Positions 45,134-55,607 of a stretch of DNA of 64,000 bases are shown one piece after another (within the stretch, counting starts at the first letter, position 1; every line of letters begins with the position of its first letter). The translations under genes were made by a program, and so were the position numbers. Below the pieces are notes generated by a model. That model was not told where the DNA came from, made no database searches, and saw only the letters and a program-made list of their open reading frames with translations. Source of the stretch: a bacterium (GTDB lineage: Bacteria > UBA8248); NCBI GenBank assembly GCA_022825065.1, contig JAJDYR010000018.1, positions 33,606 through 97,605 on the forward strand, in the 5' to 3' direction.

Positions 45134-46012
45134 ATGAAGATGTCAAAAGCCCTGCTTCTTGAAGGCAAACCTGTGGCGGAAAAGGTGATGGAGGAACTCA
45201 AAGCCTCCATTGATGCTCTACTCCCCCGGATGGGCAGGCCTCCGGGGCTCGCCGTCGTTCTCGTGGGCGAGGACCCGGCCTCTCAGGTGTATGTCCGCAT
45301 CAAAGGGCGTTCCGCCAAAAAACTCGGCATCCGGACTTTCGATCACCATTTGCCCGAGGATACGAGCCAGGATGATATCGTCTCCCTCATCGAAGCGTTG
45401 AACCGCGATGAAGAGGTGGACGGGATGCTGGTGCAGTTGCCGCTTCCAGGAGACTTGAACGAAGAAGAAGTGCTGCGCAGGGTATCCCCCCGAAAAGACG
45501 CCGACGTCTTTCACCCGGAAAATTTCGGAAAGCTCGCGCTCAAGCAGGGTACGCTCAAGCCCTGCACGCCCGCCGGTGTGCTCGAGATTCTGAAGTTCTA
45601 CGATATCGGCCTGGAAGGGAAGAAAACCGCCATCATCGGGCGCAGCAAGATCGTGGGGCTTCCCCTGGCCATTCTGATGATGCACGAGAATGCGACGATC
45701 ACGGTGTGCCACTCCCGGACGCGCGATATCCCCGCGATCACGAGAGAAGCCGATATCGTCGTGGCCGCCATGGGACGGCCGAAATTCCTGACGGCGGATA
45801 TGGTCCGGGAAGGGGCGGTGGTGGTCGACGTCGGCATCAACCGGGTGGATGGGGAACTGGTCGGGGATTGTGATTTCGAACCGTTGCTCGAAAAGGTTTC
45901 CGCCATTACCCCGGTGCCGGGCGGTGTGGGGCCCATGACGGTCGCCATGTTGATGATGAACACGACCCAGGCGTATTCTCTCAAGTCGCAGGAAGCGGGG
46001 GCATCGAGCTGA
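45134..46012 (+). CDS. folD: Bifunctional methylenetetrahydrofolate dehydrogenase/methenyltetrahydrofolate cyclohydrolase
   Basis: Canonical FolD motifs (VLVGEDPASQVYV, GRSKIVGLPLA, PVPGGVGPMTVAML). Confidence 0.9.
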   Translation: MKMSKALLLEGKPVAEKVMEELKASIDALLPRMGRPPGLAVVLVGEDPASQVYVRIKGRSAKKLGIRTFDHHLPEDTSQDDIVSLIEALNRDEEVDGMLVQLPLPGDLNEEEVLRRVSPRKDADVFHPENFGKLALKQGTLKPCTPAGVLEILKFYDIGLEGKKTAIIGRSKIVGLPLAILMMHENATITVCHSRTRDIPAITREADIVVAAMGRPKFLTADMVREGAVVVDVGINRVDGELVGDCDFEPLLEKVSAITPVPGGVGPMTVAMLMMNTTQAYSLKSQEAGASS

Positions 46013-46025
46013 TAAAGGCTTTCGG

Positions 46026-47426
46026 ATGAATGTAGACCTTCTGGGTGACAATACGCCTCGCGCAACACCTGCGGTGCTCACCGTCTCACAACTCAACGCG
46101 CGCGTTAAAGAATTGCTGGAAGATGAATTCGGCGAGGTTCTGGTCGAGGGGGAAATCTCCTCCTGGCGCACCTATCCATCCGGGCATTCCTATTTCGACC
46201 TGAAAGATGCCGCATCCAGGGTGAGTGCGGTGATGTTTTCGGGCCGCAGGCGCTTTCTGCGTTTCGAGCCGGAAGTGGGCATGCGCGTGATGCTCCGTTG
46301 CCGGGTGACGCTTTACGAGAAGGACGGGCGCTTCCAGGTGTCTGCGCTTTCCATGGAGCCCCTGGGCGAAGGCGCGCTGGAAGTCGCTTTTCGCCAATTG
46401 CACGAACGACTGGAAAAGGAAGGTTTGTTCGATCCTGCGCGTAAAAAGGAGATTCCCGATCGCCCCCACCGCGTAGGGTTGGTGACGAGCCGGGAAGGCG
46501 CCGCCCTCCGGGATATGCTGCGGGTTTTCAAGGAGCGCGCTCCGATTGTCGAACTCGTGGTACTCCACACCCAGGTGCAGGGAGAGGGCGCCGCATCTTC
46601 CATCGCTTCGGCGATTCAAAGGGCGGATGAGGGTCTCGCAAGCATGGGGCATCCGCTGGACCTCATCATCACGGGCCGCGGCGGAGGGAGCCGGGAGGAT
46701 TTGTGGGCGTTCAACGAAGAAGAGGTGGTTCGGGCTATCGCCGGATGCGGGACGCCCCTCATTTCGGCGGTGGGTCATGAGGTCGATACCTCGCTCAGTG
46801 ATCTGGCCGCCGATGAATCGGCGCTTACGCCTACGGCGGCGGCGGAGCGCGTGGCCAGAGGCTGGCTGGATGTCGCCCGGGACGTTGCCGGCTTGATCCA
46901 TGATGCGCGACGGGCAGTCGAAACTATCCTGGCCTCTCTGGATGACAAGTTGTCTCGTTTTCTCAGGGAACCTGTATTCAGAAGGCCCGAGGCGCCGCTC
47001 GAATCGTTGGCGCAGCGGCTGGATGCGCTCTATGAACGCATGAGCAGAGAAGCCAGGCACCAACAGCAGATGAAAAGGACGCATTTGGCCGGAATGGTCC
47101 CGAAACTGCGCGTCCTCTCGCCCCAAAAGAAAATTCTTGTATCCGTATCGAAACTTGACGATAATCTGAAACGCTTGCGTATGGCGAACGGGTCGTTTCT
47201 GCAGAACAGGGCGGACGCGCTCGAAACCGCCGCCGGACGCCTTGAGTTGGTATCGCCGCTGGCCGTTTTGGCGCGGGGGTATAGCCTGGCCTATAAGGAG
47301 CCCGCCGGCGCATTGGTGAAAAAGGCCGAAGATGTGAGGGCAGGTGAATCCGTGCGGCTTCGTTTATCGCAAGGCGGCTTGATCTGCAGGGTAGAAGAAG
47401 TCTTTCCCGAGGGAGAGGGCCCATGA
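46026..47426 (+). CDS. xseA: Exodeoxyribonuclease VII large subunit
   Basis: OB-fold N-terminus (LTVSQLNARVKELLEDEFGEVLVEGEIS) and XseA catalytic region; 466 aa. Confidence 0.9.
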   Translation: MNVDLLGDNTPRATPAVLTVSQLNARVKELLEDEFGEVLVEGEISSWRTYPSGHSYFDLKDAASRVSAVMFSGRRRFLRFEPEVGMRVMLRCRVTLYEKDGRFQVSALSMEPLGEGALEVAFRQLHERLEKEGLFDPARKKEIPDRPHRVGLVTSREGAALRDMLRVFKERAPIVELVVLHTQVQGEGAASSIASAIQRADEGLASMGHPLDLIITGRGGGSREDLWAFNEEEVVRAIAGCGTPLISAVGHEVDTSLSDLAADESALTPTAAAERVARGWLDVARDVAGLIHDARRAVETILASLDDKLSRFLREPVFRRPEAPLESLAQRLDALYERMSREARHQQQMKRTHLAGMVPKLRVLSPQKKILVSVSKLDDNLKRLRMANGSFLQNRADALETAAGRLELVSPLAVLARGYSLAYKEPAGALVKKAEDVRAGESVRLRLSQGGLICRVEEVFPEGEGP

Positions 47427-47692
47427 GTACTGTGGATGAATCCGCGAATCCCGATGCGGAACCGAAAAGTTTCGAGGCTGCGCTGGAGCGTTTGGAAGCC
47501 ATCGTGGAAGAACTCGAAGAGGGCGAGCCTTCCCTGGAAAAGGCCGTTTTGCTGTATGAAGAGGGTGTGAAGCTCTTCCGCTACAGTCGGGAGCAGTTGA
47601 ACGCGGCGCAAAAGAAGGTGGAAGAACTCGCCGGGGAATCGGAGGAAACATTATCGTTGCAGCCGTTCGAAGATGGTGATGATGATGAATGA
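47423..47692 (+). CDS. xseB: Exodeoxyribonuclease VII small subunit
   Basis: SFEAALERLEAIVEELEEGEPSLEKAVLLYEEGVKL signature. Start overlaps the xseA stop. Confidence 0.85.
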   Translation: MSTVDESANPDAEPKSFEAALERLEAIVEELEEGEPSLEKAVLLYEEGVKLFRYSREQLNAAQKKVEELAGESEETLSLQPFEDGDDDE

Positions 47693-48599
47693 AGGCGAAC
47701 TCCCCGTCGTCATCGACGCAGCGGCTTACCTGAGCGGCTGGGCGAAACGTGTGGAAGAAGAACTCGACCGCCTCGTGCCGGAATCCTCGGAACCGCCCGA
47801 AATCTTCGAGATCATGCGCTACAGCCTTTTCGCGGGTGGAAAGCGCCTGCGCCCCGTGCTTTGTGTGGCCGGGTGTGAAGCCGTAGGCGGCGACCCTGAA
47901 TGTATCCTGCCTGCCGCATGCGCCCTCGAATGCATTCATTCCTATTCCTTGATCCATGATGATTTGCCCGCCATGGACGATGACGACTTAAGACGCGGGA
48001 TGCCGACGAACCACAAGGTGTATGGGGAGGCGGCGGCGATTCTCGCGGGTGACGGGTTGCAGGCCCTGGCCTTCGAGTTGATGGCGAATCAACGAATGGG
48101 TGCGAAAGTTTCGCCGGAGCGTCATGTGAAAGCGATTCGCATGGTCGCCGATGCGGCGGGCGCGACGGGTATGGTGGGGGGACAGCTTTTGGACATCCGG
48201 GCCAATGGCCGTGTGAGCGATATGGCGCATTTGGAGGAAATCCACAGAAGAAAGACGGGCGCGCTTTTGAGGGTTTCCGTTTGCCTGGGAGGCCTCCTCG
48301 GCGGGGGTGATGAAGCGCAGATGGAAGCGCTGCGTGTTTACGGCGAGAAAATCGGGCTGGCGTTTCAAATCGTGGACGACATTTTGGACGTGGAAGGCGA
48401 TGAGGCCCTCATGGGAAAACCCATAGGCTCGGATGAGGGATTGAACAAGGCTACCTATCCCGCCTTGTACGGTATGGAAGAATCGAAAAAACTCGCGCGT
48501 TCCACTTGCGAGGAGGCCTTGGAAGCGCTCGAAATTTTCCCGAATAAAGCGCCTGAATTGGAATCTTTGGCGCATTTTATTATCTTGCGTCGGTTTTGA
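47673..48599 (+). CDS. ispA: (2E,6E)-farnesyl diphosphate synthase / geranyltranstransferase
   Basis: Aspartate-rich motifs LIHDDLPAMDDDDLRRG and FQIVDDILD. Conserved xseB-ispA-dxs order. Confidence 0.85.
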   Translation: MVMMMNEGELPVVIDAAAYLSGWAKRVEEELDRLVPESSEPPEIFEIMRYSLFAGGKRLRPVLCVAGCEAVGGDPECILPAACALECIHSYSLIHDDLPAMDDDDLRRGMPTNHKVYGEAAAILAGDGLQALAFELMANQRMGAKVSPERHVKAIRMVADAAGATGMVGGQLLDIRANGRVSDMAHLEEIHRRKTGALLRVSVCLGGLLGGGDEAQMEALRVYGEKIGLAFQIVDDILDVEGDEALMGKPIGSDEGLNKATYPALYGMEESKKLARSTCEEALEALEIFPNKAPELESLAHFIILRRF

Positions 48600-48714
48600 C
48601 GATTGATTATCATTTTGTAGTTAATCTTTGGGTGAGGGTGGGATGCCGGTTTCCGAGACATCCCCTTGATGAAATCAGATTCGATTTGCGATGAGTTCCC
48701 GTGGGGGAGATGAT

Positions 48715-50649
48715 ATGGGCGAATTGCTTGAACGTATTGATAGCCCGGCGGATTTGAGACAACTGACGGAAGAGGAGTTACCTCAAGTCGTGGATGAACT
48801 CCGCGACATGGTCATTCAGGTAACCTCCAATACGGGTGGGCATCTTGGCGCATCTTTGGGAGCCGCTGAGCTCATTGTAGCGCTTCACTATCTCTATGAT
48901 ACGCCGAAGGACAAGTTGATTTGGGATGTGGGCCATCAGGCCTACACGCACAAGATCCTCACGGGACGCCGGGACCAGTTCCATACGCTGAGGCAGTGGG
49001 AGGGGGTTGCCGGCTTTCCGGACAGGCGTGAGAGTGAATACGACCATCTGAATGTGGCGCATGGCGGCACGTCCATTTCCGCTGCCCTGGGTATGGCCAC
49101 GGCGCGAGACCTCTCGGGTGAGGATTTTCAGGTCGTCGCCATCATCGGAGACGGCAGCCTGACCGCCGGCATGGCGATGGAAGGGCTCAACAACGCCGGC
49201 GATTCGAAGCGAAACCTCACCGTTATTCTCAATGACAATAAAATGGGAATTTCGCATAACGTGGGCGCCATGTGCTCCTATCTGGCGCGAATCATGACGG
49301 GTGAATGGTCGAACCGGGCCCGCAAGGTGCGTACGGAAGTCCAGAAAATAATCAGCCACCTTCCCGTGGTGGGGAGTCATGCCGTCACGCTGATGGACAG
49401 GGTGGAGGAGTCTCTGAAAAATATCATCGTGCCGGGAATTTTGTTCGAGGAACTGGGTTTTCGCTACATCGGCCCGGTGGATGGACACCGGCTCGATTTG
49501 CTGATTCCCACTCTCAGAAACGTGAAAAATCTGGATGGTCCCAACCTGGTGCACGTCGTCACCCGCAAAGGCTATGGGTATCCCTATAGCGAGGCGGAAC
49601 CCATCACATATCACGGCGTGACGAAATTCGATCCCGAATCCGGTGAATTCCACAAGAAAGCGCCCGGCCCTCCCGGCTACTCCAAAGTTTTTACCGATAC
49701 CATGGTTAAACTCAGCCAAAAGGATGAAAAGATTGTCGCCATCTCGGCGGCCATGCTGGAGGGCACGGCGCTCGTGAACTACCAGAAAGTCTTGCCGGAT
49801 CGCTGCTTCGACGTGGGGATGTGCGAACAGCATGCGGTGACTTTCGCCGCGGGTCTGGCGCTCGAGGGAATGAAGCCGGTCGCCGCCATATACAGCACGT
49901 TTTTGCAGCGGGCTTATGATCAGATAATCCACGACGTCTGCCTCACGAACGTGCCCGTTACCTTTGCGCTGGACCGGGCCGGTCTCGTGGGTGATGACGG
50001 GCCTACCCACCAGGGGGCCTATGACCTGGCCTATCTCCGGTGTCTGCCGAACATGGCCATCATGTCGCCCAAAGACGAAAATGAACTTCAAAAAATGGTC
50101 TTGACCGCGATTGAACATCCCGGTCCGGCGGCAGTGCGCTTCGCGCGCGGCTCCGGCGAAGGGGTGCCGATGGATGAGGAAATCGGAACGATTCCCATCG
50201 GAGAGGCGGAATCGCTTCGCGACGGCGATGACGTCGCTCTCATCGCCCTGGGCCCCATGGTGGGCCTCGCGATGGAGTCCGCCGGGCAACTGGAGGAACT
50301 CGGCATACAGGCGTCGGTTTTGAACCTCCGCTTTGTGAAGCCGATGGATGAGGAGAAAGTCTTGGAACTCGCGAGGCGCTGCAAACGCGTCGTCACGGTC
50401 GAGGAGGGAACGCGCATCGGTGGAATGGGCGCCGGCGTTCTGGAGCTATTGGCGGCGCATGGCATCCGGGACGTTTCCGCCACGGTTTTGGGTATTCCCG
50501 ACCGGTTTATCGAGCACGGAGCGCCTCAACTCCAGCGCGAAGATTGCGGGCTTACACCGGGCGATATCACCCAGGCGGCTCGCGATCTGATGGAAGGCAA
50601 GGCTGATTCTGCCGATCTGGCGGCGCATGGTAAAGAAACAGAGGCTTGA
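48715..50649 (+). CDS. dxs: 1-deoxy-D-xylulose-5-phosphate synthase
   Basis: TPP-binding GDG...N region, transketolase-like domains; ~645 aa. Start taken at MGELLERIDSPADLRQL. Confidence 0.9.
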   Translation: MGELLERIDSPADLRQLTEEELPQVVDELRDMVIQVTSNTGGHLGASLGAAELIVALHYLYDTPKDKLIWDVGHQAYTHKILTGRRDQFHTLRQWEGVAGFPDRRESEYDHLNVAHGGTSISAALGMATARDLSGEDFQVVAIIGDGSLTAGMAMEGLNNAGDSKRNLTVILNDNKMGISHNVGAMCSYLARIMTGEWSNRARKVRTEVQKIISHLPVVGSHAVTLMDRVEESLKNIIVPGILFEELGFRYIGPVDGHRLDLLIPTLRNVKNLDGPNLVHVVTRKGYGYPYSEAEPITYHGVTKFDPESGEFHKKAPGPPGYSKVFTDTMVKLSQKDEKIVAISAAMLEGTALVNYQKVLPDRCFDVGMCEQHAVTFAAGLALEGMKPVAAIYSTFLQRAYDQIIHDVCLTNVPVTFALDRAGLVGDDGPTHQGAYDLAYLRCLPNMAIMSPKDENELQKMVLTAIEHPGPAAVRFARGSGEGVPMDEEIGTIPIGEAESLRDGDDVALIALGPMVGLAMESAGQLEELGIQASVLNLRFVKPMDEEKVLELARRCKRVVTVEEGTRIGGMGAGVLELLAAHGIRDVSATVLGIPDRFIEHGAPQLQREDCGLTPGDITQAARDLMEGKADSADLAAHGKETEA

Positions 50650-51439
50650 TAAGTTACTCGTCGAACGTGCGCTGGCCCCGAGCCGGGAGCGTGCGCGCAG
50701 CCTGATTCTGGCAGGTCTTGTGAGTGTCGACGGCGAACCCGCCACAAAGGCGGGTTCTTCGTTTCCGGAAGACGCATCCATCACCCTCAAGGAAAACCCT
50801 TGTCCCTATGTCAGCCGGGGAGGCCTGAAGCTCGCAGGCGCGCTGGATTTTTTTGGGGTTGATCCACTGGATAAATACTGCATGGACGTCGGCGCGTCGA
50901 CGGGTGGATTCACCGACGTGCTGCTCACCCGCGGCGCCCGCCGCGTTGCGGCGGTGGACGTGGGCAAGGGTCTGATTGACTGGAAGTTGCGGAATGACCC
51001 CAGAGTCACTCTTTTAGAGGGTGTGAACGCCAGGCATCTGACGCCGGAAATCTTCCTGTCGTTGGCCGGAGAAGAACGGCCGGGTTTATGCGCCGTGGAT
51101 GTTTCGTTCATCTCCGTCATGAAGGTGCTCGAACCGGTTCATGAGTTGCTCGACGATGATGGAGAGATGCTTGTTCTCGTCAAACCGCAGTTCGAAGTGG
51201 GGAGGGGACGTGTGGGAAAGGGTGGAATTGTTCGCGACCCCGAGCTTCACCGTGAGGTACTCCTCCGCGTCTGGGATGAAACGCTTCGGGCGGGAATGGC
51301 TCCCCAGGGCATCGCAACGAGCGCGATTGCGGGCGCGAAGGGAAACCGGGAATTCTTTCTGCACCTGAAACCCGGGGCGAGTTCTCCGGGGCCGCAAGAG
51401 ATGGTTGAGAACGTCTTGGCGAAGGAGCTTGAAACTTAA
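50627..51439 (+). CDS. tlyA: TlyA-family rRNA (cytidine-2'-O)-methyltransferase
   Basis: N-terminal S4 domain (RLDKLLVERALAPSRERARSLI) plus FtsJ-like methyltransferase domain (DVGASTGGFTDVLL). Confidence 0.85.
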   Translation: MVKKQRLDKLLVERALAPSRERARSLILAGLVSVDGEPATKAGSSFPEDASITLKENPCPYVSRGGLKLAGALDFFGVDPLDKYCMDVGASTGGFTDVLLTRGARRVAAVDVGKGLIDWKLRNDPRVTLLEGVNARHLTPEIFLSLAGEERPGLCAVDVSFISVMKVLEPVHELLDDDGEMLVLVKPQFEVGRGRVGKGGIVRDPELHREVLLRVWDETLRAGMAPQGIATSAIAGAKGNREFFLHLKPGASSPGPQEMVENVLAKELET

Positions 51440-52227
51440 GAAATCTTTATTATCCCGGCATCCAGTTTGGGAACGACCCTCGTGATGTCCTTCTGCGCGC
51501 AGAAGGATATGTCCTCGTCAAGTCCGAGAGACGACAAGTGTCTGCCCCACCAACTCTGGAAAAGCATCTTTTCTAGGTTTTTTTCAGCTCCGTTCGCAAC
51601 ATGCAGGACTGCCCGGGCGGTGTCGGAGAATGCCGGTTTCTCCAAATGTCCGGACAAGATACGCAGGAGCATTCCCGCCGCTGCGGTGTCTTCTTCACAA
51701 TAAGCTCCTTCGCGGCCCGAGCAGGCGATCAGGAGGGATTGCTTGGGGTTTTCCTGGAGAATGGACGCTACCCGTTCGGCGGTTGCGGTCATGTTCACGA
51801 AAGCGGCGGTGAAAATTTCTCCGCAACGCTGCACGGCGGAGAGCGTTTTGGTTCCGTTGCTCGTTGAGAGTATCAGGGTTTTCCCGCTGATTCTCCGGCG
51901 CGTGTATTCGAGCGGAGAGTTTCCCCCGTCGAATCCTTCGATAGGCTTGCCGTCCTGCTCTCCGCCCAGGATGATTTTTTCGGAACCATGCCGAAGCCGC
52001 AGCTTTTGGGCCAGTTCAAACGCGATTTCAGGAGAAGCGCACGGATATATTGCGGAGCAGCCGTTCTCCAGGATGGCGGCGATGTTCGTCGTGGCTCTTA
52101 ATACGTCTATGACGACGCAGACGATGTTTCTTTCATTTTCTCCGCACGCCCGTTGCGCGTCTTTGAGCCTGACGGGGATTTCCGGGTGGGAAAAGGCGAC
52201 GTCACACCAGGTGTTCTTGCTCACGAG
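51436..52227 (-). CDS. comB: 2-phosphosulfolactate phosphatase-family protein
   Basis: VVIDVLRATTNIA motif typical of ComB. A GTG start near 52227 is proposed to limit overlap with the upstream gene; the track ORF extends to 52263. Confidence 0.65.
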   Translation of the reverse strand, partial: LVSKNTWCDVAFSHPEIPVRLKDAQRACGENERNIVCVVIDVLRATTNIAAILENGCSAIYPCASPEIAFELAQKLRLRHGSEKIILGGEQDGKPIEGFDGGNSPLEYTRRRISGKTLILSTSNGTKTLSAVQRCGEIFTAAFVNMTATAERVASILQENPKQSLLIACSGREGAYCEEDTAAAGMLLRILSGHLEKPAFSDTARAVLHVANGAEKNLEKMLFQSWWGRHLSSLGLDEDISFCAQKDITRVVPKLDAGIIKIS

Positions 52228-53296
52228 GCGATTCCCAGATGACGTCCAGATAGAAAAAATCACTGCTCAGCGCGGACAGGAGAATCTCCGCCCGTCTTTG
52301 TTGATCGCCGTTTTGTTTCGGCGCACGCACCCTCAACAGCGTATCCGGGTCTCTCATGTCGTCAACCGCCCGGAACCAGTCGTCCGCCGTGGTCCCGTCC
52401 CCGGCGGAATAGGAAAGCGTTTTCATGGTTCGCGCATTGATGGGCTTTCGCTCGAGTCGAACCAGGGAGCCCCGTTCATCCATTTCTCCCAAAACGATAG
52501 AGCGTTCCCCCAGATTGTGATCGCTGAAGCGCAACCCTTCAGGAGAGCCGCTGTAGCATGCGCCGCCCCCGCTCCACCGGGCGACGTCCACAGGCTTGTG
52601 GTAATGGCCGATGGCCACGTACCCGAAGGGCAGGCGCTTCAAATCATCGGCCTGGAAGGGATGCTCCTTGAACGCCGGGTGCTCCGAGGCGAGGGCCGCT
52701 TCCGAGCCGTGCAACAGCAGGATGGATCTGTCGTTCAGATGGAGTTCCCGCGTGAGGATTTCCTGCAAGGGGGGTTTGAAGGCGTCTTCGGTATCCCAGG
52801 GGATTCCGGCGATCGTAAGGTTTAGTTCTGCGATGTTTTCCTGCGCCGGCCCGGCGGCGGGGTCGCCATGGAAAAGATGGATGTTGTTCAGTATTTCGGG
52901 CCGGTTCCACACGGATTCTGAGTGCGCCGGGTCATGATTTCCGGGAATGGCGAAACAACGCACCCCTTTTTTGGATAAATGCGCGAGGTTCTTCGAGACG
53001 ATTTCGACGTCGCGCTCACTTGGGTGGGGGGTGTCGAACAGATCCCCGGAAACAAGAAAGGCCTGCGCGCCCCATTTGAGTGTTTCGCGAACGGAGCGGA
53101 AAAAAGCCACCCGGAGATCGGCTTGCCGCGCCGCGGCTTTGCGGGGCGGGAGGTAGCCGAAGTCATAGCCGAGATGGAAATCACCGCAATGGGCGAATCG
53201 AAAGGTCACATTGTCTCCCAAGGCCGAAATATCGGCGATTGTGGCATGTATGCGTTGCGGTTGGCAAAAGCGGGAGAGAAAAAGGCGCTTTTCCAC
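52202..53296 (-). CDS. Calcineurin-like metallophosphoesterase (SbcD/Mre11-like DNA repair exonuclease family)
   Basis: Phosphoesterase motifs I-IV (HCGDFHLG, GDLFD, GNHD, GHYH). The true start is probably downstream of the track start (near VTFRFAHCGD). Confidence 0.7.
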   Translation of the reverse strand: MEKRLFLSRFCQPQRIHATIADISALGDNVTFRFAHCGDFHLGYDFGYLPPRKAAARQADLRVAFFRSVRETLKWGAQAFLVSGDLFDTPHPSERDVEIVSKNLAHLSKKGVRCFAIPGNHDPAHSESVWNRPEILNNIHLFHGDPAAGPAQENIAELNLTIAGIPWDTEDAFKPPLQEILTRELHLNDRSILLLHGSEAALASEHPAFKEHPFQADDLKRLPFGYVAIGHYHKPVDVARWSGGGACYSGSPEGLRFSDHNLGERSIVLGEMDERGSLVRLERKPINARTMKTLSYSAGDGTTADDWFRAVDDMRDPDTLLRVRAPKQNGDQQRRAEILLSALSSDFFYLDVIWESPREQEHLV

Positions 53297-53367
53297 ATCG
53301 TCTTGACAGTACGCGCTGCACGCGATGATGATGCAGGTCCTGAGACATATATTTAGGAGAAACGGTT

Positions 53368-55077
53368 TTGGCGAAGAAAACGAGGAGGAAAGCCTCGAAA
53401 AAAACTTTTCCGAAAGAAGATTTGAACCGGGCCGCCGCCGTAGCGGCAGGACTTGAAGCGTCGTTTACCGTGCCGGCTCCGCCGGGCGCCATGGCGCCGG
53501 CGCCTCTTTTGGATGAAATCAGGGAAATGGGGGAGGTCGGGCTCGCCGGTATATTGAACCATCTGTCCTCCACTACTTCAGAGGGTCGTATTCCCACACT
53601 CCTCGCCCTGCGCGAATTGAACAATCCATCCATCGCGGGAAAGCTTGTTTCCCTGATTCGGACGATGCGTTGGTCGATACCGGGACTCGCCACGCTCTAC
53701 GAGACGCTTCAGTCACTGGATGCGGAAGTAGAATTGCCGGTGGGTTTCGATAGCGAAAACTTGAGCCGGGCCCGGGATGTTTCCGAACAACTCGGCGGGA
53801 ATGCCATTCTCACGCTTGATTCCGCAAAGTCCATCGTATCGTCGTTGAAAGACCTGCCTCCTTTTCTGCAGGAAGTGACATTGCGCGACGGCCTTGTGAA
53901 TTCGGATGGCGTTTCGGCGGATTGTGCGCTTGTTCTGGCTGAAGCGATGGCTCAAACAGAAATATTGCCGCCTGAGTATTTCATTCAGATTCTGGCGGAT
54001 ATGGCTACGCAGGAGGCCGCGATTGCGCTTCAAAAGCTCTCGGAATCGAGCAAGGACAAAGATACGCTGTCTCGAATTCGCAAAGCGTTGTTCCGGTTGA
54101 AGAACAAGGGGGTAGAAGTTGAAAAATTACCCGATACGGGTGTTCGCACTGCGCAGCGAGCCAATTACCCTGACTATGTTCATGCCGTAGTCAGCGCCGT
54201 AGACGGACGTGGGCAGATGCTTTTGTGGCTTGCGCGATCGAGGGTTCCGCGCGGAAGGTATCTCGTGCAGGCGCGATTGCACCGGGGACGGGGCATCGTT
54301 GAGTTCACCGATGCGGAAATGAGTGGGAAAGAGTTGCGTGATGTTTTCCGCCGAATATCAGAAATGCCCACTCTGGCCTCACAGGAAGTGCCTGCCGGAT
54401 ATGCGATCTGGCTTCTGGAGCGCGGCCAGCGCGAAAACGAAATGGGAGAAACGCCACTGCCGCGCGGCTTTACGCATGCGAAGCTCATGCTCGATCCGTT
54501 GTCGGAGGCCGAGGCGTATCCCGTGGAGGGGCCGCATCCTGTCCGCGCGATGGTGAATCCTCTTGCGGAAGGCGAGAAACGGATGGAAGTGCGCACGATG
54601 TTCGCCCACCGGCCTTTTTGGAGTTGGGTGATGGATGAAGAGCTCGTGGCGCCGTATTTTCAGGAATTTCTGGAGTCGATGGAAAGTCAGGTGGCGCTGG
54701 ATGACAGACAGAAAAAAGAGCGTCTTCAGCAGATTGTGGAAAACTGCGCGAAAGATAGTTTTGAGGACAGGGCGTTGCGGGAGCGCATATCGGGCCAGTT
54801 GGAAGACAACGGGTACGTTTTCCATCAGGCGGGTGACGAGGCGATGGCCCGTGAATGCGTGACGCTGGCGGACGAAGTACGGGTGGATGCGAATGAACCC
54901 GCGCCGCTATTCGTCGAAATGTTCCAGTATTCGATCAACGTGATGCTCGAGCGGGTTATCCGCCAGGTTCGGGAGTCTCAGGGCGGGGAAGGGGAAATGC
55001 AGGAAGAGAATGTCGAGGATGGTGGTGTTTCGGAAACTGCGGATTCGGAAGATTCACCGATCATTATCACGCCGTAA
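53368..55077 (+). CDS. Hypothetical protein (569 aa), basic N-terminus and acidic C-terminal tail
   Basis: Long uninterrupted ORF with an AAGAAA-type RBS context. No family recognisable from sequence. Confidence 0.55.
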   Translation: MAKKTRRKASKKTFPKEDLNRAAAVAAGLEASFTVPAPPGAMAPAPLLDEIREMGEVGLAGILNHLSSTTSEGRIPTLLALRELNNPSIAGKLVSLIRTMRWSIPGLATLYETLQSLDAEVELPVGFDSENLSRARDVSEQLGGNAILTLDSAKSIVSSLKDLPPFLQEVTLRDGLVNSDGVSADCALVLAEAMAQTEILPPEYFIQILADMATQEAAIALQKLSESSKDKDTLSRIRKALFRLKNKGVEVEKLPDTGVRTAQRANYPDYVHAVVSAVDGRGQMLLWLARSRVPRGRYLVQARLHRGRGIVEFTDAEMSGKELRDVFRRISEMPTLASQEVPAGYAIWLLERGQRENEMGETPLPRGFTHAKLMLDPLSEAEAYPVEGPHPVRAMVNPLAEGEKRMEVRTMFAHRPFWSWVMDEELVAPYFQEFLESMESQVALDDRQKKERLQQIVENCAKDSFEDRALRERISGQLEDNGYVFHQAGDEAMARECVTLADEVRVDANEPAPLFVEMFQYSINVMLERVIRQVRESQGGEGEMQEENVEDGGVSETADSEDSPIIITP

Positions 55078-55097
55078 TCTCATTTTTGAGGGTTTCG

Positions 55098-55496
55098 ATG
55101 GAATTTGGTTTTGATCATATTCACTACGTTTGCACAGACGTGAAGGCGTTTGCCGAGTATTTCGAAAACGTGTTCGACGCTGAAATGATACGCTACGACG
55201 AAGACTTCAAGGGCTCGCCCAACGCGGCGGTGAAAGTCGGCCGCCTGGTGATATTCGCGCGCGGCATCAGACCCGGGGAGACGCCGGATTCCGTGGGGCC
55301 GGAACTGGTTCAGGGCCTGGATCATTTCGGGTTCGGCGTTCCGGATGTGGAAGCCGCCGTCGAGTGGCTGAGGGGCAAAGGGGCGGAAATTATGGTGGAG
55401 CCCGTGCGCCGCGGGGTTGGCGGGCGCATGATCGCCTATGTCAGAGGACCCGGCAATATCCGCATCGAGTTGTGCGAGAACCCCGAGGCTCTTTAA
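55098..55496 (+). CDS. VOC-family protein (glyoxalase/methylmalonyl-CoA epimerase-like)
   Basis: FDHIHYVCTDV...GLDHFGFGVPDVEAAVEWL paired beta-alpha-beta-beta-beta modules. Confidence 0.7.
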   Translation: MEFGFDHIHYVCTDVKAFAEYFENVFDAEMIRYDEDFKGSPNAAVKVGRLVIFARGIRPGETPDSVGPELVQGLDHFGFGVPDVEAAVEWLRGKGAEIMVEPVRRGVGGRMIAYVRGPGNIRIELCENPEAL

Positions 55497-55607
55497 TATA
55501 CGCTCGCATCCTGAAAACCGGAGAAGCGGAGGCGCAACAGCGGGCTTTCTTGACATGATGATTCGCGACTGAATCGCCAGGACAATTACCCTTGGAGGAT
55601 AAAACCG

